A program made the position numbers and the translations under genes. DNA of 40,374 nucleotides from an uncultured Aquificales bacterium (GTDB lineage: Bacteria > Thermosulfidibacterota > Thermosulfidibacteria > Thermosulfidibacterales > JALWSI01). Below the pieces are notes generated by a model. The model saw only the letters and a list, made by a program, of their open reading frames with translations, was not told the DNA's origin and made no database searches. This document shows positions 32,637-40,374 of this stretch, one piece after another. Where the stretch lies: positions 1-40,374 of the forward strand of contig CAZMTB010000135.1 in NCBI GenBank assembly GCA_964569095.1, in the 5' to 3' direction. Each line of letters opens with the position of its first letter. Positions within the stretch are counted from its first letter, which is position 1.

Positions 32637-35441
32637 TTAAAGGGCGTACCGGCACATGCCATTGTAGTCGCAGTGGCTGCAGCTCTTCTCGTCTGTTGCG
32701 GGGTACCAGTGTGGGGCGTACACCACATGACGTATCAGGTACTCCACTAAGCCTGGGAAGTTTTGCTCAATCCATCCTTCCCATGCCGTTCCAGAGTCTC
32801 CCTCGAGGTCTCTGGGTTCAAGCAGAAACACCTCCTTCCCACTCTCCTTGAACTCCACGTAGGCGGCGGTGGTCTTTGAAGGTGAAGAGTTTTCGGTGGT
32901 GCAAAAGAGGTGAACGTAGAAGGGCAGCTGTACGTCTGGCAGTACGCGGTAGATCTCTTGCAGGCCCTCTCTGTCCATCTCCCACTGGGGATCCGGGCTC
33001 AGTTGGAGGGCAGCATCTCTCTTCCACTTCTTCACTGTGCCTGTCTTGTAGTCCAGCACGATGTGTAGCGCTTCCCTTTGGTCTACCCGGTCTATCCTCC
33101 CGTTTAGGGTGACCTCTCCCACCCCGTTCACAGCCATCTTTCGTGACAACTCCTTCTCCATGGCAACCAGGGTGGTGTCCAGCTGGTTTACGAGATACCT
33201 TCCCAACCTTATCCTGCTGCTCTCCAGCAGCATCTTGCGCCGTGGAGGAGAGAGTGTCTGGTAAAACTCCCGCTCTTCAAGGTTATCCTGGAAGACCTTT
33301 AGGAGCCGGTCCAGTTTCAGTCTCTTCCTTGGCACCTCTGCAGGCAGTCCGTTGCCGGTCAGCTCTTCGTAGTAGCCCTTTAGGGCAGAGTGAAGGGCTA
33401 TGCCCAGCTCCTTCGGTGGCGGTTCTTCGGAGGGTGGTTGTGATATCTCTATCTTCAACACCACTTGGTAGAGAAACCTGAGGGGACACTCCAGGTAGGT
33501 GTTCAGTAGGGAGGGGGATACCTGTTTCTGTTTGAGGCAATGGAGAATCCTCTCTTTCAGCCCCTCCTCCTTCTTCAGGTACTCCTTGGGCCTGAGGTTT
33601 GCTGGGAGGATTTCCAGCTTGGCCTTGGCTATCCCTTCTTTCAGTAGGGCATTCTGGGCCTTCTCTCTCTCCCACACCAGCTCTTCAACGAACCGGCTTC
33701 TAACCTTCTTTCCCTCCAGGCCACCCTCTCCCCAGCTTGTGGTCTGGAACTGCCAGAAGATGTGCGTCTTCTCCGAGCTCTGTATGAGCCGCCTGAAGTG
33801 GTGGCGCACTATCTCTTCCTCCCTCTGGCGGGGAGGCAACCCTATGGATTCCCTGAGTGAGTGGGGTACCAGGGGGTTCACCTCTTCCACTTTGGGCAGA
33901 ACACCTTCGTTTGCTTCCAGCACGAACACATCCTTGAACGAGAGGGTTCTGGTCTCCAGCAAACCCATCACCTGTAACCCCTTCAGAGGCTCACCCTCCA
34001 GGGGGAGAGAGACGGTGCGAAGGGTGTTGAGCACGAGGGAGAAGAGCTCTTTTCTCTCCATCTCTTCCCCCCTGAAGAGGGAGTGTTTGAGGGGCCTGAT
34101 GGCCTTGAGCACCACGGCGGAGGCCACCTCCCTGTCGGTGGCGTTCAGGTTCACTCTTTTCAGGATCCCCTCCAACGCCTCGGCCACCTCTTCAGGGGTG
34201 GAGCTCTCCTCCAAGGCTGAGAGCACATCGAGCATCTCGGCGTGGCTCTCCTCGTTCTCTCCCTTGCCCTCTTCGCTAATTTTCCTGGCTATCTCCCCCT
34301 TTAGCCTATCCGCCGTAACGAAGGGCGAACGGCACTCTTCCAAAACCCTCTTTGCCCAATAGGAGTGGTTCAGATACGGGCTTCTGGCCAGTTCCAGCAG
34401 CTCTGCGGTGCGGTAGCCCAGGGTATCGTCCTTGGTGGTTATCACCGAGAAGAGGAGTTCGATGAAAGAGAAGAGGCCGGTCATCCTCAGGGGATACCCC
34501 ATGGTTACGTTCACGGGTCCCTCGGGAAGGTGGTAGAGTAGGGGAACGAGGGGCTCTCCCGTGGGAAGCACGATCACCCGCTTGTCGGGCTCCTCGTCCA
34601 CGCTCTGGGGTAGCCTCTTTCTGAGCTCCTTCAATTCGGAGTGTAGGTCGTAGGCCTCGAAGAAGTGAATCTGGGGTTCGGTTCTGTCTTCCGATTTTAC
34701 CTCCTCTATGCGGGTCAGATTCCACCTCTTCTTCCATTCCTCGTGTAGGGGGGAGAGGGCTTGGGGATCCGAGTGCCAGTAGAAGGTGGCATCTCTCTGG
34801 TGAAACAGCGCTTTCATCAGCTCGTCTTCGGCCCTGGTTAGGGCGTAGAAGCCCACCAGCACGAAGGGTCCCTCTGGTATCCCAACCCTGCCCTCTGCGA
34901 GTTCCTTCAGCATGAGTGCGGGGGTGGTGAGGTTCTTCTCCCTCAGAAGGACCTCGAACTCCCGCTGTATCTTCACCACCCGCGTCAGGAGCTCTTCCGC
35001 CCTTCCAGGGGGAGGGTCCTTTTCGCTTTCCAGGTTCTTGGGGGTGCATAGCTCCTGGTGGAACTCCTTGAAGAGTCTGCTCAATCTCACCGCCCATGGG
35101 AAGAACTCTCCCCACTGGGGCGGTTCTCTTCCCTCGCTCTCAAACGCCTTTCGTGCGGCCTGGTAGGCGATCCATGCCTGGTCTATCTCTCCGAGGGGTT
35201 CCGCTGGATCTTCCTGGGAAGAGATCACGGTCTCGAGCACCCAGTCTTCAAAGGAGATCAGCTTTGGAAGCAGGATTGGCCTATTCACCCTCTTTTGGAG
35301 CTGGTGTTCAAGGAAGGTGATGGGTCTGCGGTGGGGGAATATCACCGTGGCACGGTGCATCTCCCCTTCCATCTTCAACAGGTGATCCGCCACCACCCCA
35401 AGCAGGTTCTCCCTTGGATCTACCGCCACCACCCTGCCCAT
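32637..35441 (-). CDS. AddB/RexB-like PD-(D/E)XK nuclease subunit with a degenerate helicase-like N-terminal region and an Fe-S cluster nuclease domain
   Basis: C-terminal nuclease: LECPLRF, GIALHSAL, IDRVD, VLDYKTG and QLPFYVHLF. The Cys set is C(P)...CSHCDYNGMC (C-x2-C-x5-C). There is no GxxGxGK[ST] anywhere in the 934 aa. It lies immediately downstream of the AddA-like genes. Confidence 0.8.
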   Translation of the reverse strand: MGRVVAVDPRENLLGVVADHLLKMEGEMHRATVIFPHRRPITFLEHQLQKRVNRPILLPKLISFEDWVLETVISSQEDPAEPLGEIDQAWIAYQAARKAFESEGREPPQWGEFFPWAVRLSRLFKEFHQELCTPKNLESEKDPPPGRAEELLTRVVKIQREFEVLLREKNLTTPALMLKELAEGRVGIPEGPFVLVGFYALTRAEDELMKALFHQRDATFYWHSDPQALSPLHEEWKKRWNLTRIEEVKSEDRTEPQIHFFEAYDLHSELKELRKRLPQSVDEEPDKRVIVLPTGEPLVPLLYHLPEGPVNVTMGYPLRMTGLFSFIELLFSVITTKDDTLGYRTAELLELARSPYLNHSYWAKRVLEECRSPFVTADRLKGEIARKISEEGKGENEESHAEMLDVLSALEESSTPEEVAEALEGILKRVNLNATDREVASAVVLKAIRPLKHSLFRGEEMERKELFSLVLNTLRTVSLPLEGEPLKGLQVMGLLETRTLSFKDVFVLEANEGVLPKVEEVNPLVPHSLRESIGLPPRQREEEIVRHHFRRLIQSSEKTHIFWQFQTTSWGEGGLEGKKVRSRFVEELVWEREKAQNALLKEGIAKAKLEILPANLRPKEYLKKEEGLKERILHCLKQKQVSPSLLNTYLECPLRFLYQVVLKIEISQPPSEEPPPKELGIALHSALKGYYEELTGNGLPAEVPRKRLKLDRLLKVFQDNLEEREFYQTLSPPRRKMLLESSRIRLGRYLVNQLDTTLVAMEKELSRKMAVNGVGEVTLNGRIDRVDQREALHIVLDYKTGTVKKWKRDAALQLSPDPQWEMDREGLQEIYRVLPDVQLPFYVHLFCTTENSSPSKTTAAYVEFKESGKEVFLLEPRDLEGDSGTAWEGWIEQNFPGLVEYLIRHVVYAPHWYPATDEKSCSHCDYNGMCRYAL

Positions 35442-35443
35442 GG

Positions 35444-35983
35444 TTATTCCTCCACCTTCTCGAGGACATTGTCTGCGATGAAGAGCAGGTATCCCTCTAC
35501 TTCTTCCGCCCCCAGGGCCTCTTTTGCCGCCTCCAGGTAGCGCCTCACCTGCTCCTTGTACCTTTGGAGGAGTTTCTCCGAGGAGGGCCTCTTGCTCTTG
35601 TAGTCCACCACCATCACCTTTCCCTCAAGACACACCATCCTGTCGGGTCTAACGGTTACTCCCGGCTCCTCGGGCAGCAGTATGGCCTGCTCTGTGAGGC
35701 TCTCTCCCTGGTTAGGGAACACCTTTTTGGCCCATTCGGCCTCGAGCACCGCCTCCAGTTCCCTCCTGAGTTCCTCTGCGTTCCAGGCTTCGGGTCTCTC
35801 CCCTTCCAGAATAATGGCCTTCCTCACCAAGGTTCCTACTCTCTCCCTGTCGTTTAGGTCTCTAACCAGGGATAGTGCCCTGTGCAGAATGTCGCCCCTC
35901 TTGCGGCTGGCTATCGTCTCTTCCAAGGGGATGGAGTCCCGTATTCTCAGCCTAACTCTTTGTCTAACTCTTTCACCTGCCAT
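35444..35983 (-). CDS. Stand-alone RecB-family PD-(D/E)XK nuclease domain protein (equivalent to the C-terminal nuclease domain of AddA/RecB)
   Basis: RGDILHRAL, RPDRMV, VVDYKS and YKEQVRRYLEA follow the order of AddA/RecB nuclease motifs. Start options are ATG 35983 (AAAGGGG 7 nt upstream) or GTG 36019. It overlaps the helicase ORF in the -1 frame. Confidence 0.7.
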   Translation of the reverse strand: MAGERVRQRVRLRIRDSIPLEETIASRKRGDILHRALSLVRDLNDRERVGTLVRKAIILEGERPEAWNAEELRRELEAVLEAEWAKKVFPNQGESLTEQAILLPEEPGVTVRPDRMVCLEGKVMVVDYKSKRPSSEKLLQRYKEQVRRYLEAAKEALGAEEVEGYLLFIADNVLEKVEE

Positions 35984-38487
35984 CCGTTGGCCCCTTTCTT
36001 CAGAAGCCCCTCTGCCCACGAGGCCACCGAGGAGTTGTAGTCCCTGCCCGTGAGGGTGATGAAGAGGTAGAGCGCCTCTTCGGCCCGCGTCACCGCTACA
36101 TAGAAGAGGTTTAGCAGCTCTTGGGCCTCCTTTGCCAGGAGCTGGGCCTTCAGCCTTCTCAGCTCCTGGGGCAGTTCCTCCTTGGATCCCAGGATCGCGA
36201 GCCGCCCCTGGTTAACCTCCACCATCCCCCAGGGGTGGAGGGTCCAGTTGGTGAAGGGGATGAAGACCGCGGGGAACTCCAGTCCCTTGGCCTTGTGAAT
36301 GGTGAGCACCCTGACTGCGGGCAGGTTTTCGGGTAGTCCAACCCGCTCCTCCAGGCCACCCTCTTCCCAGAACCGGAGAAACCTGCCGAGGTCTGGTCCC
36401 TCTCTGCTAACGAAGTTGTGGGCCACCTCGAGTAGCCTCTCGACGAAGGGACGGTGATCCTTCAGCTCGCCCTCGAGCCTCTCCTTCAATCCCAGAGACT
36501 CCATGGCACACTGGAGCAGGTCGTAGGGCGAATGCTTGTTGGCAGAGCGTCCCACCTCTTTCCGTAGCCCTTCCAGGGGTTTTCCCGGTGTATAGTTCTC
36601 CTCCCCCCCAAGAGCGGTGAGTTCCTCCTCGGTTGATGGACCTTCTCGCAGCAGCCCCGAGGCCAGTAAACCGTAGAGGGCAGAGGTATCCTCTGGGCGG
36701 TGGAGGTGGCGCAACAGGCAGAGCAGTCCCTTCACCACTCCGGAGGTCTGTAGGTGCAGGGACTCCTCGGTGACCACGGGGATCCCCTCTTGCAGCAACC
36801 AGTCGGAGACCAGGTTTGCGTGGTTTCTGCTCCTCACCAGTACCGCCACTGGAGAGCCCGCGGAGCCTGCCCCGCGTTTCTCCCACTCGCATCCCACCTT
36901 CTCCACGAAGACGGGCCTTACCAGCCCTTCCACCTCCTCGGTGCTGCCCTTGCACTTGTAGAGCTCGATGGTTGCCCCGTTTTGGGCATCTCTTGCCGCC
37001 TCCTGGCGATGGGATGAGAATGCCCTGGAGATCTCCTCCGCGGCCTCATCTGCAAGCCCTTCTGGGGTGTTGTTCAGGCTGTTCTCCCAGAGAAGGGCCT
37101 TCACCTCTTCCCTCTTTCCCAGGGGTGCGAATAGGGAGTTGAAGAACTCCACCAGTTGTGGGTGAGACCGGAAGTTCTTGTTCAGGGTCTCTTCTTCCTT
37201 CGAGATGGACCCAAAGCAGGACTCTTGGGCCACCTGGTCGAATAGGGTCCAGTCTCCCCCTCGCCAGCGGTAGATGGCCTGTTTAACGTCGCCCACGAGG
37301 AAGAGGGTTCCACCTCTTTCCCTTTCCAAGGAGTTTTCCAGTAAGGGATAGAGGGCCTCCCACTGCTCCCGGGAGGTGTCCTGGAACTCGTCGAAGAGGG
37401 TGTGCCTCAGCCGACCTCCCAGGATCGAGTCCACGAGGGCGGGGGTGGCATCCTTCTTCATCTCCTCCCTCACTATCCTGGTCCAATCCCCTCCCAGCAG
37501 GATGCCTTCCTCCTTGCAGAGGGCATCTACGGCCTTTCCCAGCTCTTCAAGCAGGAGCAGGTATCCCTGGGATCGGAGGCGGCTGTTTATCTCTCTCCAG
37601 CTCTCTATGCTGTCTCTAAGGCCCCTTTGTGCCTCTTCCAGTCTTGCCCCCTCTTCGGGGGAAGGGGTCTCTCCCTTCTTGAGCAGCTCGTCTACTCCCT
37701 TGGTGAGAATGGCCCTTTCGCTCAGACGCAGTATGCCTTTGGTGTCCAACTCCTTTGGTGCTCCATCTTGGTAAATGGAGCGCAGGTTGGTCTTCTTGAG
37801 ACGGGTTAGAAGGGGTTTAACGGCGTCGAGCAGTGCCTGGTAATTTTTGTTCAGTGTCTCTTCTGCCCTTTCCAGGTCTTCCTCTTTAACCCGTTCTTCC
37901 ATCGGGTCCAGCTTGCCCCGGACCTTTCTGAATAGCTCTGCAATCCTTCTTCTGAATCCCCACTCCGGGTAGAACCCCCTGCTTCCCTCCACCGAGAGGT
38001 ATGTTCTCAGCGCCTCCTCGAAGCCCTCCACGGAATCTGCCTGCTGCCCTGACATCAGCAGGTTCCAGCCGTTGAGGATCACCTCCTCGTGGTTGAACCT
38101 GGCCTCGGCCTCTGGATGTATGCCCAGCTCGAAGGAGAGTCCTTTGAGAATCGAGTAGAGGAAGCTGTCGATGGTGCGCACCTGGAAGTCGGAGTAGTTG
38201 CGCACGATGGTGTCTATCCAGTTGCGTGCCTCTTCTGGCGTTAGTCCCGTTTCCTTCCAGAGTTCCTGGCCTCTGGGAGTTCCGAAGGCGATCTCCTTCA
38301 GAAACCCCAATATGCGTTCCTTCATCTCGGCTGCGGCCTTGTTGGTGAAGGTTATGGCCACAACGCTGCGCAGGCTGGCGGGTGAGGGTTCTCCCAGCTC
38401 CTTCAGCAGGGCGAGGTAGCGCAGAGAGAGCCGGTAGGTCTTGCCCGACCCCGCCGATGCCTTGATGCGAATGATCCGCGGCTCCAT
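35947..38487 (-). CDS. UvrD/AddA-like superfamily 1 helicase lacking its own nuclease domain
   Basis: Walker A ASAGSGKTYRL, motif II FDEFQDTS, VGDVKQAIYRWRGG, a TIHKAKGLEF-type motif and motif VI YVAVTRAEEALYL. The ORF ends 30 to 40 aa after motif VI. Confidence 0.85.
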   Translation of the reverse strand: MEPRIIRIKASAGSGKTYRLSLRYLALLKELGEPSPASLRSVVAITFTNKAAAEMKERILGFLKEIAFGTPRGQELWKETGLTPEEARNWIDTIVRNYSDFQVRTIDSFLYSILKGLSFELGIHPEAEARFNHEEVILNGWNLLMSGQQADSVEGFEEALRTYLSVEGSRGFYPEWGFRRRIAELFRKVRGKLDPMEERVKEEDLERAEETLNKNYQALLDAVKPLLTRLKKTNLRSIYQDGAPKELDTKGILRLSERAILTKGVDELLKKGETPSPEEGARLEEAQRGLRDSIESWREINSRLRSQGYLLLLEELGKAVDALCKEEGILLGGDWTRIVREEMKKDATPALVDSILGGRLRHTLFDEFQDTSREQWEALYPLLENSLERERGGTLFLVGDVKQAIYRWRGGDWTLFDQVAQESCFGSISKEEETLNKNFRSHPQLVEFFNSLFAPLGKREEVKALLWENSLNNTPEGLADEAAEEISRAFSSHRQEAARDAQNGATIELYKCKGSTEEVEGLVRPVFVEKVGCEWEKRGAGSAGSPVAVLVRSRNHANLVSDWLLQEGIPVVTEESLHLQTSGVVKGLLCLLRHLHRPEDTSALYGLLASGLLREGPSTEEELTALGGEENYTPGKPLEGLRKEVGRSANKHSPYDLLQCAMESLGLKERLEGELKDHRPFVERLLEVAHNFVSREGPDLGRFLRFWEEGGLEERVGLPENLPAVRVLTIHKAKGLEFPAVFIPFTNWTLHPWGMVEVNQGRLAILGSKEELPQELRRLKAQLLAKEAQELLNLFYVAVTRAEEALYLFITLTGRDYNSSVASWAEGLLKKGANGWQVKELDKELG
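35951..35974. repeat. Imperfect 12-nt tandem duplication (CTAACTCTTT core, twice) within the helicase/nuclease ORF overlap
   Basis: Plus strand: cCTAACTCTTTg tCTAACTCTTTc. It encodes KELDKELG in the helicase frame and RVRQRVR in the nuclease frame. Confidence 0.8.
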
Positions 38488-38570
38488 CTACCCTCCTTTC
38501 CGTCCTTTATGCTCAGAATAACCCCTGGGGACTGCATGCCAAGTGGCGAGCGACGATGGGATGTCGCGTT

Positions 38571-39860
38571 TCAGAAGTAGAGGTGAACGAGAAATGCCGC
38601 TCCCAGCCCCCACATCACGGGATGAACCTCCCTTGCCCTGCCCGTTAGCAGTTTCACCAGGGGATACGAGACGAAGCCCGCCGCAAGCCCGTTGGCGATG
38701 GAGTAGGTTAGGGGCATGGTGAAGAGGACGAGAAAGGAGGGTAGTGCCTCGGTGAAGTCTGACCAGGGGATGTCCCTGGCCTGGGATACCATAAGTATAC
38801 CTACCACAACCAGGGCAGGGGCGGTTGCCGCCGGGGGAACCATCTTCACCAGTGGGGTGAAGAATAGGGAGAGGAGGAACATCACTCCCACCACCGCCGC
38901 AGTGATTCCCGTCTTGCCTCCCTCGGCCACCCCCGTGGAGCTCTCTATGTAGGTGGTCACCGTGGAGGTTCCCATGATTGCCCCCATGGTGGTTCCAAGC
39001 GCGTCTGCCATGAGGGCCTGGTCCATGCGCTCCAGCGAGCCATTCTTCAAAAAGCCTCCCAGGGATCCCATGGCGGTGAGCGAGCCTATGGTGTCGAACA
39101 TGTCCACGAAGAGGAAGGCGAGCACCGCCTTCCAGAAACCCACCGTGGCCAAGCCCTCCAGGCTCAGCTTCATCATTCCAGAGGGATGGGGCAGGGAGAC
39201 AACCCCTGAGGGGGATGGGGAGTGCCCGCTGACCACTGCCAGGATGGTGACCAGGGAGATGCCGATGAATATGGCCCCCTTCACTCCTCTGGCCATGAGG
39301 GTGCCTATGAGCAGCAGACCCACCGAGGCAAGGATTGGAGTGGGTTTAGAGAGGTCTCCCAGGGCGACCAAGGTGGCCTTTGAACCAACTATGAACCCCG
39401 CGTTCCTCATGCCTATGAAGGCGATGAATAGGCCTATGCCCACGGGGGTGGCCTTTCTGATGCTCGCTGGAATCGCTTCCACTATCTTGCCCCTGAGCCC
39501 CAGCATGGTGAGCAGCACGAAGATCACCCCCTCTACCAGCACCGCTCCCAGGGCCACCTGCCAGGAGTACCCCAGGCCGTGCACCACCCCGAAGGTGAAG
39601 TAGGCGTTCAGGCCCATCCCTGGTGCCAGGGCAAAGGGGTATCCCGCATAGAGCCCCATGATCAGGGTTGCCACCGCCGATGCCACGCAGGTGGCAAATA
39701 TCACCCCCTCGAAGGGCATACCCGCCTGGGAGAGGATGGCCGGGTTTACGAAGATGATGTAGGCCATGGTGAGAAAGGTGGTTAGGCCGGCTCTCACCTC
39801 CCGGTGTAGCTCCTGGGGGGTGAGTCTGGGGAGAGGGGCCGGCTTGAGGTGCTGCAGCAT
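38571..39860 (-). CDS. NCS2/AzgA-family purine (adenine/guanine/hypoxanthine) permease
   Basis: EVRAGLTTFLTMAYIIFVNPAIL is a typical AzgA/PbuG-type N-terminus. It is a 429-aa polytopic protein. Confidence 0.8.
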   Translation of the reverse strand: MLQHLKPAPLPRLTPQELHREVRAGLTTFLTMAYIIFVNPAILSQAGMPFEGVIFATCVASAVATLIMGLYAGYPFALAPGMGLNAYFTFGVVHGLGYSWQVALGAVLVEGVIFVLLTMLGLRGKIVEAIPASIRKATPVGIGLFIAFIGMRNAGFIVGSKATLVALGDLSKPTPILASVGLLLIGTLMARGVKGAIFIGISLVTILAVVSGHSPSPSGVVSLPHPSGMMKLSLEGLATVGFWKAVLAFLFVDMFDTIGSLTAMGSLGGFLKNGSLERMDQALMADALGTTMGAIMGTSTVTTYIESSTGVAEGGKTGITAAVVGVMFLLSLFFTPLVKMVPPAATAPALVVVGILMVSQARDIPWSDFTEALPSFLVLFTMPLTYSIANGLAAGFVSYPLVKLLTGRAREVHPVMWGLGAAFLVHLYF

Positions 39861-40076
39861 CCAGTATCCTCCCTCGAAACGGGTGGTTTGGGCCGTGGAT
39901 AGCAGCTTCTCTCCAAAGTGTCCAGCGAGGATAAACCGGGGCAGGGTTCCAAGGCTTCAAAGCCCACCTCTTCTTCCTGAGGCTGTGGGGATCTCTCTGT
40001 GGTTAGAGGGATTTCAGGACGGGCGGGATTCCCACCCCTTTCCCGAAAATATCTCACAATCTAATAATAATATATC

Positions 40077-40104
40077 TTGACAAATCCAAGTTCAGGGATA
40101 TCTT
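40077..40104 (+). promoter_or_regulatory. Putative promoter of dnaK (TTGACA-16 nt-TATCTT) preceded by an AT-rich UP-like tract
   Basis: ctaataataatatatcTTGACAaatccaagttcagggaTATCTT, about 44 nt upstream of ATG 40148. The 8-mer ATATCTTG occurs at both the -35 and -10 positions. Confidence 0.4.
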
Positions 40105-40108
40105 GTAG

Positions 40109-40374
<266 letters not shown>

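Noticed and set aside
35947-36019. Programmed -1 ribosomal frameshifting joining the AddA helicase and nuclease ORFs.
   Set aside because: There is no X XXY YYZ slippery heptamer in the helicase frame within the overlap, and I saw no obvious downstream pseudoknot or hairpin. A true split or an indel is more parsimonious, so this is kept only as an alternative in the finding.
39861-40076. A classical guanine/adenine riboswitch upstream of the purine permease.
   Set aside because: The conserved loop and junction sequences (the UAUAAU..., GAUAUGG, GUUUCUACC and CCGUAAAU-type elements) are not present by eye. It is kept only as an open question in the findings.

Overview
This window reads as a densely packed core-chromosome segment from a GC-rich, probably thermophilic, diderm bacterium. 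The proteins are rich in Glu, Lys, Arg and Val, there is a LapA/LapB-type gene, and a bifunctional FBP aldolase/phosphatase is present. I found no rRNA, CRISPR array, transposase, integrase or prophage signature by eye.

Gene order:
- Plus strand, 1..2457: two tandem paralogous secreted proteins of unknown family.
- Minus strand, 2548..8634: PaaK-like ligase, livFGMH (no binding-protein gene), and a eukaryotic-type citrate synthase.
- Plus strand, 9034..10813: trxA, an FmdB zinc ribbon, ruvX and coaX.
- Minus strand, 10767..21929: an orphan gene, a second FmdB zinc ribbon, ilvE, a cupin, FBP aldolase/phosphatase, ROK glucokinase, a zinc-ribbon-TPR membrane protein, mtnA, DUF167, yggT, ugd, a LysM/M23 peptidase, a LOG-like protein, tRNA-Pro(CGG), pcm, surE, tRNA-Pro(GGG) and tRNA-Leu(GAG). 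An acyl-CoA synthetase follows at 22009..23727.
- Plus strand, 23917..32407: a translationally coupled chain of a methyltransferase with an unknown N-domain, a GT2, a DinG-like helicase, nadD, rsfS, a LapA-LapB fusion, a solitary pilC/gspF and tauE.
- Minus strand, 32452..39860: tRNA-Phe, an AddB-like nuclease, a stand-alone RecB-type nuclease ORF, an AddA/UvrD-like helicase and an NCS2 purine permease.
- Plus strand, 40148 to the window end: the 5' end of dnaK.

The most unusual items are three. First, the tandem signal-peptide proteins at 1..2457, which have no family I recognise and show hallmarks of high expression. Second, the AddA-type helicase-nuclease, which is split into two overlapping ORFs at a 12-nt tandem duplication. 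Third, tRNA genes embedded inside the conserved surE-pcm-nlpD gene string.

Many long ORFs in the supplied track are alternate-frame or antisense artefacts of the high GC content, or read-throughs of tRNA genes. These are listed under rejected items. All homology statements come from motif recognition by eye; no searches were run.
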